From Alphaproteobacteria bacterium (GTDB lineage: Bacteria > Pseudomonadota > Alphaproteobacteria > UBA828), in NCBI GenBank assembly GCA_963667785.2, contig CAXXMU010000006.1:64001-128000 (forward strand): DNA of 64,000 nt, written 5' to 3'. The translations under genes were made by a program, and so were the position numbers. Shown piece by piece: positions 21,033-29,153 of the stretch (positions are counted from its first letter, which is position 1; each line of letters starts with the position of its first letter). The notes beneath the pieces were generated by a model. The model saw only the letters and a list, made by a program, of their open reading frames with translations, was not told where the DNA came from and did not search any database.

Positions 21033-22199
21033 CTATCCTGCAGCGGCCGAGACGCCGGCCTTCCAGCGGTTGGTGAGGCCGGCGTAGAGCGCCCGCCAGG
21101 CGCCGAGGAAGCGCTCGATCTCGTCCCCGGTCGTGGCCCATCCCGTGCTGACGCGGATGGCGCAGCCGCCGACGGCGTCCGACGCGCCGAGCGCGCGCAG
21201 CACGTGGCTCGCCTCGACCCTGCCGGACGAGCAGGCGGAGCCCGCGCTCACCGCGACGCCGGCGAGATCGAGGCCCATCACCTGGGTCTCGCTCTGCACG
21301 CCGGGCATGGTGACGCAGCTCGTGTTGGGCAGGCGCGCGGCGCCTTCGCTGAAGATGACGACGGCGGGCTCGGTCTCGCGCAGCCGCGCCTCCAGCCGGT
21401 CGCGCATGGCGGCGATCTCGCCGGCGCGCGCGAGGTCGTCATGGGCGAGCTGCGCCGCCCGGCCGAAGCCGACGATGCCGGCGGCGTTCTCCGTGCCGCC
21501 GCGCAGGCCCCGCTCCTGCCCGCCGCCGGTAACCAGCGGCGCGATCTCGAGCCCCGCCCGCACCACCAGCGCGCCGATCCCCTTGGGCCCGGCGAACTTG
21601 TGGGCGGCGACGCTCATCATGTCGATGCCGAGCCCGGCGAAGGAGAGCGGAATCCGCCCCGGCGCCTGCACCGCGTCGCAGTGGACCAGCGCACCGGCGG
21701 CTCTCGCCCGCGCCGCAATCTCGGCCACCGGCTGGATCACGCCGGTCTCGTTGTTGGCCAGCATCACCGAGACCAGCGCGTCTGCCCCGTGCGTAGCCAG
21801 CGCCGCATCGAGCGCAGCCATGTCGAGCCGGCCCTCGCCGTCCACCGGCAGGACCACGAGCTCGTCGGCGCAGGCCTCGGCGGTACGCAGCACGGCCGGA
21901 TGCTCGATGGCGCTGACGATGAGGGCCCGCCGGCCGGCGCCCCGGAGTGCGGTGTTGTTGGCCTCGGTGCCGCCTGCGGTGAAGACCAGCTCGGGCGGGG
22001 CGCAGCCCAGCAGCGCCGCGATCTCCTCGCGGGCGTCCTCGATGCGCTTGCGCACGTCGCGGCCGAAGCCGTGCACCGACGACGGGTTGCCGGCGAGCGC
22101 GAGCGCGTCCGCCACGGCCTCCACCACTGCGGGCTTCGCCGGCGCGGTGGCGTTGTAGTCGAGATAGATGGGGCCTGAGTCGCTCATCGCAGCGCTCAT
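21033..22199 (-). CDS. iscS: cysteine desulfurase (IscS/NifS group I)
   Basis: YLDYNAT, GNPSS, NNETG, AHKFAGPKG, RGGTEN, SAGSACSS. Confidence 0.92.
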   Translation of the reverse strand: MSAAMSDSGPIYLDYNATAPAKPAVVEAVADALALAGNPSSVHGFGRDVRKRIEDAREEIAALLGCAPPELVFTAGGTEANNTALRGAGRRALIVSAIEHPAVLRTAEACADELVVLPVDGEGRLDMAALDAALATHGADALVSVMLANNETGVIQPVAEIAARARAAGALVHCDAVQAPGRIPLSFAGLGIDMMSVAAHKFAGPKGIGALVVRAGLEIAPLVTGGGQERGLRGGTENAAGIVGFGRAAQLAHDDLARAGEIAAMRDRLEARLRETEPAVVIFSEGAARLPNTSCVTMPGVQSETQVMGLDLAGVAVSAGSACSSGRVEASHVLRALGASDAVGGCAIRVSTGWATTGDEIERFLGAWRALYAGLTNRWKAGVSAAAG

Positions 22200-22684
22200 T
22201 CCGCCGCCTGCTCCGCCAACACGTGCGCGCCGCCGCGGCTGAGCCTGCCGCTCATGCCGAGAACCCGGCCGGCGCAGACGTCCTCGAGCGAGACGGCGTC
22301 GAGAAACTGGTGGATGTGGATGCCGAGCTCGTCCCAGAGATCGTGGGTGATGCAGCGGCTCGCGTCCTTCATGCAGCCGCTCTGGGCATCCGGCGGGCAG
22401 CGCGTGGCGCGCAGGTTCTCGTCGACCGCGACGACGATGTCGGCGATCCTGAGCTCCGCCGCAGGCCGCGCCAGGCGATAGCCGCCGCCCGGCCCGCGCG
22501 CGCTCCGCACCAGCCCCGCCCGGCGCAGGCGGCCGAAGAGCTGCTCCAGATAGGACTGCGAAATCTCTTGGCCGGCCGCGATCTCGGCAAGGGTGACGGG
22601 CCGGGCCCGGTCCGAGCCGCCGCTGCGGAGCGCGAGCTCCGCCATCGCCATGACCGCGTAGCGGCCCTTCGTGCCGAGCTTCAC
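22196..22684 (-). CDS. iscR: Rrf2-family Fe-S cluster regulator IscR
   Basis: TKGRYAV, SYLEQLF, RGPGGGY, three Cys plus THDLW cluster ligands. Confidence 0.9.
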   Translation of the reverse strand: MKLGTKGRYAVMAMAELALRSGGSDRARPVTLAEIAAGQEISQSYLEQLFGRLRRAGLVRSARGPGGGYRLARPAAELRIADIVVAVDENLRATRCPPDAQSGCMKDASRCITHDLWDELGIHIHQFLDAVSLEDVCAGRVLGMSGRLSRGGAHVLAEQAAE

Positions 22685-22709
22685 AGGATGGCTCCGCCGG
22701 CGGCGCCTA

Positions 22710-22975
22710 GCCCGCAATTCTCACCATGGTCACGGCCTGCGTCGCGTCCAGGCGTTCGATCCGCCAGGAGCGGGCCGAAAAGCGTAGCGGGGACTACGGT
22801 TGAGGCCCGCGACGCCGCGGGCGGACGCCTGGGCGCGACCCGAAGGGCGGCGCTCTCCGGCCGACAGTGTGCGTCGAGACGCTTGCCCGATGTACCCGCA
22901 TCGCGCTGCGCGCCTCTCCTACCCTGTCGGCCGGACGGCGCCGCGCAGACCATGACCATGGTGAGAAATGCGGGC
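22710..22975. mobile_element. MITE, 266 bp, 32-bp TIRs, CTA target-site duplication
   Basis: 22710-22741 matches the reverse complement of 22944-22975 at 29/32; CTA at 22707-22709 and 22976-22978 (the cysE stop). Confidence 0.85.
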
Positions 22976-23764
22976 CTAACCGCTCGCGGCGCGGCGGCCG
23001 AGCGGCGTGGCGGACTCGGCGGCCTCGCCGGCCCCGTCGCCCGCCGTCTCTCCCCCGGCCTCGCCGTCCGCGCCGGCTGCCGGCGCGGCCGGCTCCTGCG
23101 GGGCGGCGACGGGGCGCTCCAGCTCGTCCACGCGCGTCCGCAGCGCCTCGACCTCGGCCAGCAGGCGGTCGACGGCGCGGGTCGTGGGGTCCGCGATGTC
23201 GGGGGACGGCGTGCCGTAGGCGTCGAAGCTGGAGGCGTCCGTCTTCGCCGCGGTGGGCCCCGCCGCCCGCGCCGGAATGCCGACCATGGTGGCGCCGGGC
23301 GGCACGTCCTTCAGCACCACGGCGTTGGCGCCGATGCGCGCGTCGCGCCCCACGGTGATCGGCCCCAGCACCTGGGCGCCCGCGCCGATGACCACGCCGT
23401 TGCCCAGCGTCGGATGCCGCTTGCCGGGCGACCAGGTGACGCCGCCGAGCGTGACCTGGTGATAGAGCGTCACGTCGTCGCCGATCACCGAGGTCTCGCC
23501 GATGACCACGCCCATGCCGTGGTCGATGAAGAGGCGGCGGCCGATCTGCGCGCCGGGATGGATCTCGATGCCCGTAAGCACGCGGCCGACATGGGAGACG
23601 AAGCGGCCGAGCAGCTTGAACCCGCTTTCCCACAGCCGGTGCGCCACATGGTAGAAGAGCAGCGCGTGGAAGCCGGGATAGCAGAAAAACACCTCGATCC
23701 GGGAGCGAACGGCCGGGTCGCGGCCGAACACGCAGCCGATATCTTCCCAAATACGCTTGAACAT
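22976..23764 (-). CDS. cysE: serine O-acetyltransferase
   Basis: [33 protein letters not shown]. Confidence 0.95.
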   Translation of the reverse strand: MFKRIWEDIGCVFGRDPAVRSRIEVFFCYPGFHALLFYHVAHRLWESGFKLLGRFVSHVGRVLTGIEIHPGAQIGRRLFIDHGMGVVIGETSVIGDDVTLYHQVTLGGVTWSPGKRHPTLGNGVVIGAGAQVLGPITVGRDARIGANAVVLKDVPPGATMVGIPARAAGPTAAKTDASSFDAYGTPSPDIADPTTRAVDRLLAEVEALRTRVDELERPVAAPQEPAAPAAGADGEAGGETAGDGAGEAAESATPLGRRAASG

Positions 23765-23970
23765 GGCGCTGCCGTCCGTATATCAATGGCCGGCGCAGGG
23801 CGCCGCCGCGGGCCGGTCATCCCGGGTGTTCGACGGGATATAGAGTTCCCGACTCCCGGGGTCAAGTATATGCGCAGCGCCCGGCGCGCCGCGGCGGAGG
23901 CTCGCCTCCCGCCATGCTATCGTCTGCGCCAGGATTCCGTGCCGAAGCGCCCCGAAACCGTGTCTTGCCC

Positions 23971-24624
23971 ATGCCGGAAGTGATGATCAGCGGGCCCGAG
24001 GGCCGTCTCCAGGCGCGCTACAACCAGGCCGAGGATCCGCGCGCGCCCATCGCGCTCATGCTGCACCCGCACCCGCAGCACGGCGGCACGATGAACAACA
24101 AGATCGTCCACGCGCTCTACCACACCTTCCGCCGCCAGTCGTTCTCGGTCATCCGGTTCAACTTCCGCGGCGTCGGCCGCTCGCAGGGCGAGTACGACCA
24201 CGGGCAGGGCGAGCTGAGCGACGCCGCCGCCGTGCTCGACTGGCTGCAGATCCAGAACCCGGGGGCCGACCGCTGCTGGATCGCCGGCTTCTCCTTCGGC
24301 GCCTGGATCGCCATGCAGCTCCTCATGCGCCGGCCGGAGATCGAGGGCTTCGTCGCGGTCTCGCCGCCGGCCAACAAGTTCGACTTCACCTTCCTCGCGC
24401 CGTGCCCGTCGTCGGGGCTGATCGTCCACGGCGGCGCCGACGAGCTGGTGCCCGAGCCCGAGGTGGCGGAGCTCGCCGGCCGGCTGCAGAGCCAGCGCCA
24501 GATCGAGATCGACTACGACATCATCGAGGGCGCCGGCCACTTCTACGAGAGCGAGCTGGGCGCGCTGTCGAAGCGGGTCGAAAGCTACGTCGTTGGCCGC
24601 CTGGAAGGCGCCGGCACGTCCTAG
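23971..24624 (+). CDS. alpha/beta hydrolase (conserved, divergent from cysE/isc)
   Basis: HPHPQHGGTMNN, FNFRGVG.S.G, GFSFG, GAGHFY. Confidence 0.88.
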   Translation: MPEVMISGPEGRLQARYNQAEDPRAPIALMLHPHPQHGGTMNNKIVHALYHTFRRQSFSVIRFNFRGVGRSQGEYDHGQGELSDAAAVLDWLQIQNPGADRCWIAGFSFGAWIAMQLLMRRPEIEGFVAVSPPANKFDFTFLAPCPSSGLIVHGGADELVPEPEVAELAGRLQSQRQIEIDYDIIEGAGHFYESELGALSKRVESYVVGRLEGAGTS

Positions 24625-24850
24625 CGCACTATTCGTTCAGGCACGATCGCAGCGAGTTGCCGCGGGTGCCCACTCCTCGTGCAGTGCCGCTCGCGCTTCC
24701 CCCACCTCACCCCGGCCCTCTCCGCCCCCAGGGGCGGAGAGGGAGTAACGGGCGCGGCCGCCTGCGTTCCCCCTCCGCCTTTGGGGGAGGGGGACAGGGG
24801 GAGGTGGGAGTCGTTCAAGCCTGGTGACCTCGTATGGTCGGGTACTGCCC
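24624..24850. repeat. modular palindromic element A (C-rich REP-doublet core) between two CTAG
   Basis: Core CCACCTCACCCCGGCCCTCTCCGCCCCCAGGGGCGGAGAGGG...CCCCCTCCGCCTTTGGGGGAGGGGGACAGGGGGAGGTGGG; copies at 41901-42124 and 46199-46422 in the opposite orientation. Confidence 0.9.
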
Positions 24851-25974
24851 TAGCCGCCGCTCTGCCCCGGCGGGGGGTGGAAGACGCCGCCCGTGAGGGG
24901 ACGGAGAACGCCGGTGGTGCGCGGCAGGCCGAGCGGAAGCCCGCGCCGGCTGCGCACGGCGAGGTAGCCGAAGGCCTGCGCCTCCAGCGCATCGCCCTGC
25001 CAGCCGACGCTCTCGACCGGGTCTGCATCTGCGCCGAGACGCGCGCCGAGCGCCGCCATCAGCGCCGGGTTGTGCCGCCCGCCGCCGGTGACCAGCCAGC
25101 GCAGCGGCGGCGCCGGCATGTGGGCGAGCGAGAGCCGCACGGCCTCGGCAGTAAAGGCGACCAGTGTCGCGGCGCCGTCTTCCGCCGCGAGCCCGGCGAC
25201 CGGCGCCGGGTCGAAGCTGCCGCGATCCAGCGACTTGGGCGGGGCCGCGCCGAAATGGGGATGCGCCAGCAGGGCATCGAGGGCGGCGCGGTCGACCCGG
25301 CCTGCGCGCGCGAGCCGGCCGTCGCGGTCGAGCGCTTCGCCGGTCCTCGCCAGCACCCAGTCGTCGAGCAGGGCGCAGCCCGGGCCGGTGTCGAAGGCCA
25401 GCAGGTCCGCGTCGGCCGGACCGCCGATCCAGGTGACGTTGGCGACGCCGCCGAGATTGAGCACCGCGAGCGGCGCAGCCAGCCCGCTCCGCCGGGCGAG
25501 CGCCGCGTGGAAGAGGGGTGCCAACGGCGCCCCCTGCCCGCCCGCGGCCACGTCGGCGCTGCGGAAATCGTTCACCACGCCGAGCCCGAGGCGGCGGGCC
25601 AGCGCCGCGCCGTCGCCGATCTGGTCGGTGCGCCCGGCGGCGGGCTCGTGGCTTACTGTGTGGCCGGGGAAGCCCACCAGCTCGACCGCCCGCCCCGCCC
25701 GGCGGGCGTCCGCCAGCAGGGCCTCGGCGCAATCGCCGTGGAAGGCGGTGAGCGCGCGCTCGGCGCCTTCCCGCCCGGCGCGCCCGCCTTCGCCCTCCAC
25801 CACCGCTCGCAGCCTTGCGCGCAGGGCGGGCGGATAGGGCGCGGTGCGCCACGGGCCGGTCGCGGCGACGCTCACACCGTCGGTCTCGATCAGCGCCGCG
25901 TCGACGCCATCGAGCGAGGTGCCGCTCATCAGGCCGAGCGCCCGGACCGGACCGGCCGCGTCCGTTCCGCTCAC
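24850..25974 (-). CDS. anmK: anhydro-N-acetylmuramic acid kinase
   Basis: GLMSGTSLDGVD, GGQGAPL, NLGGVAN, FDTGPG, PKSLDR, EAQAF; divergent from tyrS. Confidence 0.94.
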   Translation of the reverse strand: MSGTDAAGPVRALGLMSGTSLDGVDAALIETDGVSVAATGPWRTAPYPPALRARLRAVVEGEGGRAGREGAERALTAFHGDCAEALLADARRAGRAVELVGFPGHTVSHEPAAGRTDQIGDGAALARRLGLGVVNDFRSADVAAGGQGAPLAPLFHAALARRSGLAAPLAVLNLGGVANVTWIGGPADADLLAFDTGPGCALLDDWVLARTGEALDRDGRLARAGRVDRAALDALLAHPHFGAAPPKSLDRGSFDPAPVAGLAAEDGAATLVAFTAEAVRLSLAHMPAPPLRWLVTGGGRHNPALMAALGARLGADADPVESVGWQGDALEAQAFGYLAVRSRRGLPLGLPRTTGVLRPLTGGVFHPPPGQSGG

Positions 25975-26096
25975 CGGAGGGCCGCCCGCAAGGGTGTCGC
26001 GTTGTCCACGGCCGGCCCCTGTGATACATGACCGCGCGCCCGGGCACCCGGCGTCCGCGCCACCGGGCGGAGCGACAGCCAGCGAGTGGAGCGACG

Positions 26097-27344
26097 GTGT
26101 TCTCCTCCGATTTCATGCGCGTGCTGTCGGAGCGCGGCTACATCCACCAGTGCACCGACGAGAAGGCGCTGGACGCGCTGGCCGCGAAGGGACGCCTCAG
26201 CGCCTATATCGGCTTCGACTGCACCGCCGACAGCCTGCATGTCGGCAGCCTGGTGCAGATCATGATGCTGCGTTGGCTCCAGACCACCGGCCACCGGCCG
26301 ATCGTGCTCTTGGGCGGCGGCACCACCAAGATCGGCGACCCGAGCGGGCGCGACGAATCGCGGGCGCTGCTCGGGGACGACGCCATCGCCGCCAACAAGG
26401 CGGGCATCCGCCGCTCCTTCGACCGCTTCCTCGCCTTCGGCGACGGCGCCACCGACGCGCTGCTGGTCGACAACGCGGACTGGCTCGACGCGCTCGGCTA
26501 CATCCCGCTGCTGCGCGACGTGGGCGCCCACTTCTCGATCAACCGGATGCTCACCTTCGACAGCGTGCGGCTCAGGCTCGACCGCGAGCAGCCGCTCACC
26601 TTCCTCGAGTTCAACTACATGATCCTCCAGGCCTACGACTTCCTGGAGCTTTCGCGGCGCGAGGACTGCCGCCTGCAGATGGGCGGCTCCGACCAGTGGG
26701 GCAACATCGTCAACGGGGTGGAGCTCGCCCGCCGCATCGACGGACGCGCGCTCTTCGGGCTGACCACGCCGCTCATCACGCTCGCCTCCGGCGCCAAGAT
26801 GGGGAAGACCGCCCAGGGCGCCGTCTGGCTCAACGCCGACCGCCTGTCGGCCTACGACTACTGGCAATACTGGCGCAACACCGCGGACGCGGACGTCGGC
26901 CGCTTCATGCGCCTCTTCACCGAGCTTCCCCTCGACGAGATCGCGCGCCACGAGGCGCTCGAAGGCGCCGAGCTGAACGAATCGAAGAAGCTGCTGGCGA
27001 GCGAGGCGACGCGGCTCTGCCACGGCGAGGACGCGGCCGCGGCGGCGGCCGAGACCGCGCGGCGCACCTTCGAGGAAGGCACGGCGGGCGCTGAGCTGCC
27101 CGTCATCGACGCAGCGCTGAGCGATCTCGAGGCCGGCATCCCCGCAGTCGCTCTCTTCCAGGCGGCGGGGCTCTGCGCCTCGGGCGGGGCGGCGCGGCGG
27201 CTCATCCGCGGCGGCGGCGCGCGCATCAACGGCGAGGTGATCGAGGAGGAGACCCGCGCGGTGGGGCCCGGCGACATCGGCGACGACGGCCGGATCAAGC
27301 TCTCGGCAGGCAAGAAGCGCCACGCCCTCGTCCGCCCGGCCTAG
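26097..27344 (+). CDS. tyrS: tyrosine--tRNA ligase
   Basis: [15 protein letters not shown] (HIGH), [13 protein letters not shown] (KMSKS), C-terminal S4 domain. Confidence 0.97.
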   Translation: MFSSDFMRVLSERGYIHQCTDEKALDALAAKGRLSAYIGFDCTADSLHVGSLVQIMMLRWLQTTGHRPIVLLGGGTTKIGDPSGRDESRALLGDDAIAANKAGIRRSFDRFLAFGDGATDALLVDNADWLDALGYIPLLRDVGAHFSINRMLTFDSVRLRLDREQPLTFLEFNYMILQAYDFLELSRREDCRLQMGGSDQWGNIVNGVELARRIDGRALFGLTTPLITLASGAKMGKTAQGAVWLNADRLSAYDYWQYWRNTADADVGRFMRLFTELPLDEIARHEALEGAELNESKKLLASEATRLCHGEDAAAAAAETARRTFEEGTAGAELPVIDAALSDLEAGIPAVALFQAAGLCASGGAARRLIRGGGARINGEVIEEETRAVGPGDIGDDGRIKLSAGKKRHALVRPA

Positions 27345-27377
27345 CCCACGCCGTCCCCTGCGCCGGGCCGCCCGCTC

Positions 27378-27746
27378 CTACGCGTCGGGCTGCCAGGGCT
27401 CGTAGTCCCCGGTGGCGCGGTCGCGCCGGCCGCGGCCGAGGATGTGACCCGGCGGCCGGTACGCGGCGGCGGTGCCGGTGAGGTTGGGCTTGTGCGGCTT
27501 CTCCCAGGGCTGCGCCCGGAGCGGCGCCTCGGTCGGCGGCTCGTCGGTGCTGTGGTGGAGCCAGCGGTGCCACTCCGGCGGCACGCGCGAGGCCTCCACC
27601 TCGCCCTCGTAGACCACCCAGCGGCGCTCGCGCTCGCCGGGGCCGGGCCGCCCCCAGCGCTCGCGGTAGTAGCGGTTGCCCGCCTCGTCCTCGCCCACCA
27701 GCGCGCCGCAGAGCAGGGTGAAGAGCCGTGTGCCGATGGTCGCCAT
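27378..27746 (-). CDS. NADH:ubiquinone oxidoreductase NDUFA12 family subunit
   Basis: GED..GNRYY, RRWVVY, VPPEWH.WLH, PNLTGT, DYEPW.P. Confidence 0.92.
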   Translation of the reverse strand: MATIGTRLFTLLCGALVGEDEAGNRYYRERWGRPGPGERERRWVVYEGEVEASRVPPEWHRWLHHSTDEPPTEAPLRAQPWEKPHKPNLTGTAAAYRPPGHILGRGRRDRATGDYEPWQPDA

Positions 27747-27852
27747 GGTGTCCCGCCCGCGCTGCCGCTCTCGCCTCGCTCCAGCGTCGCCGCTTATGCC
27801 ACGCCGGCCCGCCGCCCGTCCAGAGAGCGCGCCGGGCGACCGGAGCGCAGCA

Positions 27853-27898
27853 GCCCGGCTTAACGGTTCTTTACCTGTGCGACAATGACGCGAAACCG
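27853..27898. promoter_or_regulatory. putative OmpR/CpxR-family operator, copy 1
   Basis: GCCCGGC-TTAAC-N5-TTTAC-N6-GACAA-N6-GAAACCG; same spacing as the copy at 28414. Confidence 0.6.
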
Positions 27899-27943
27899 TG
27901 CGGCCGCATCGTGCACCGGGCGCCGCCATTGCGAGGACGGACC

Positions 27944-28402
27944 ATGCGCATCATCCCCCCGATACTGCTCTCGGCGGCGGCCGGCGTAATGGTCGGGGCG
28001 GACGAAGTTCTGCCCCTGATCCGGCTGGACGCGCCCGGCGTCCTCTGGGGCGGCGCGGCGCTCGTCGTCCTCGGCTGCTCCGTCGCGGGGCCGGCGATGC
28101 TGCGCTTCCGCCGCGCCCGGACCAACTTCCACACCTTCAAGGAGCCCGGCACGCTCGTCACCGGCGGGATCTACGCCATCAGCCGGAACCCGATGTACGT
28201 GGGCATGGTCCTGGCGGGCCTCGGCGCCGCGCTGATCACCGCGACGCTGGCGGGAGTGATCCTCGCCGGGGCTTACGCGCTGGTCGTCCGCTACTGGTAC
28301 ATCGCCTACGAGGAGAAGGCGCTGCGCCTCAAGTTCGGATCGGCCTACGACGCCTATTGCCGAAGGGTCGGGCGCTGGCTCGGACGGCGATGGTCCGCAT
28401 GA
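27944..28402 (+). CDS. isoprenylcysteine carboxylmethyltransferase (ICMT/PEMT) family membrane protein
   Basis: [31 protein letters not shown]. Confidence 0.85.
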   Translation: MRIIPPILLSAAAGVMVGADEVLPLIRLDAPGVLWGGAALVVLGCSVAGPAMLRFRRARTNFHTFKEPGTLVTGGIYAISRNPMYVGMVLAGLGAALITATLAGVILAGAYALVVRYWYIAYEEKALRLKFGSAYDAYCRRVGRWLGRRWSA

Positions 28403-28413
28403 ACGGCCCGCCG

Positions 28414-28459
28414 GCCCGGCTTTACAAATCTTTACCCGGCCGACAAGCGCGGGAAACCG
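28414..28459. promoter_or_regulatory. putative OmpR/CpxR-family operator, copy 2
   Basis: TTTAC-AAATC-TTTAC is the exact reverse complement of the CpxR box GTAAA-N5-GTAAA, followed by GACAA-N6-GAAACCG. Confidence 0.65.
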
Positions 28460-28514
28460 CCCCGCCCCATCTTGAGTCGTGTCCAACCCACCCTTGCCAT
28501 CGAAAGGTGACGAC

Positions 28515-29021
28515 ATGACCGACGACAACAACACCGACAACACCTCCGGGCGGCGCCCCCGCCGCAGGCCGCGCACCCGCTGGATCCTCATGAGCATCGC
28601 CGGCGCGCTGGTCCTGGTGGTCGCCGGCACCGCGATCAGCACCGGCGGCTACTCCAAGCGCTACTGGGGCGAGGAGCGCTTCGACCGCTTCGTCGAATGG
28701 AAGATCGACGGCATGCTCGACGAGGTCGACGCCACGGACGACCAGCGCGAGCGCGTGCAGGCCATCGTGACCGCCACGCTCGCCGACCTCGAGGGCGCCC
28801 GCGACCTGAAGCGCGAGATGCGGCAGGACCTGGTCGCGGCGTTCACCGCCGAGACCATCGACCGGGGCGAGCTGGAGGCGCTGCGCCTGCGCAAGCTGGA
28901 GACGGTCGACAGCATGAGCCAGCGCGTGCTCACGGGGCTCGCCGATGCGGCCGAGGTGCTGACCCCCGCGCAGAGGGCCGAGCTCGCGGAGGAATGGACC
29001 GCGCGCGACTGGCACGACTGA
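28515..29021 (+). CDS. Spy/CpxP (LTXXQ) family periplasmic protein
   Basis: N-terminal hydrophobic segment, ATDDQR and VLTPAQR motifs, helical composition. Confidence 0.8.
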   Translation: MTDDNNTDNTSGRRPRRRPRTRWILMSIAGALVLVVAGTAISTGGYSKRYWGEERFDRFVEWKIDGMLDEVDATDDQRERVQAIVTATLADLEGARDLKREMRQDLVAAFTAETIDRGELEALRLRKLETVDSMSQRVLTGLADAAEVLTPAQRAELAEEWTARDWHD

Positions 29022-29153
29022 GCGTGACAGTAGCCCGCGCGCCACGGGCCGCGGCCGGGCGGGGGTGCGCTGCGCCCCCGCTCCCGGCCCGTGCCTGTTT
29101 GGGCTGCGCCGGGTATCCCGTATAAGCCGCGCACGAGCTGACCGGAGGACCGC

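Noticed and set aside
24621-25028. Short ORFs containing PHLTPALSAPRGGE or SWPGLSRP peptides (also near 31340, 35232, 41821, 46035, 49780)
   Set aside because: These are translations of the palindromic repeats, not genes
27860-27874. CtrA box (TTAA-N7-TTAC)
   Set aside because: One mismatch here and two in the sister copy; the shared extended motif fits a CpxR-like N5 repeat better, though CtrA is not fully excluded
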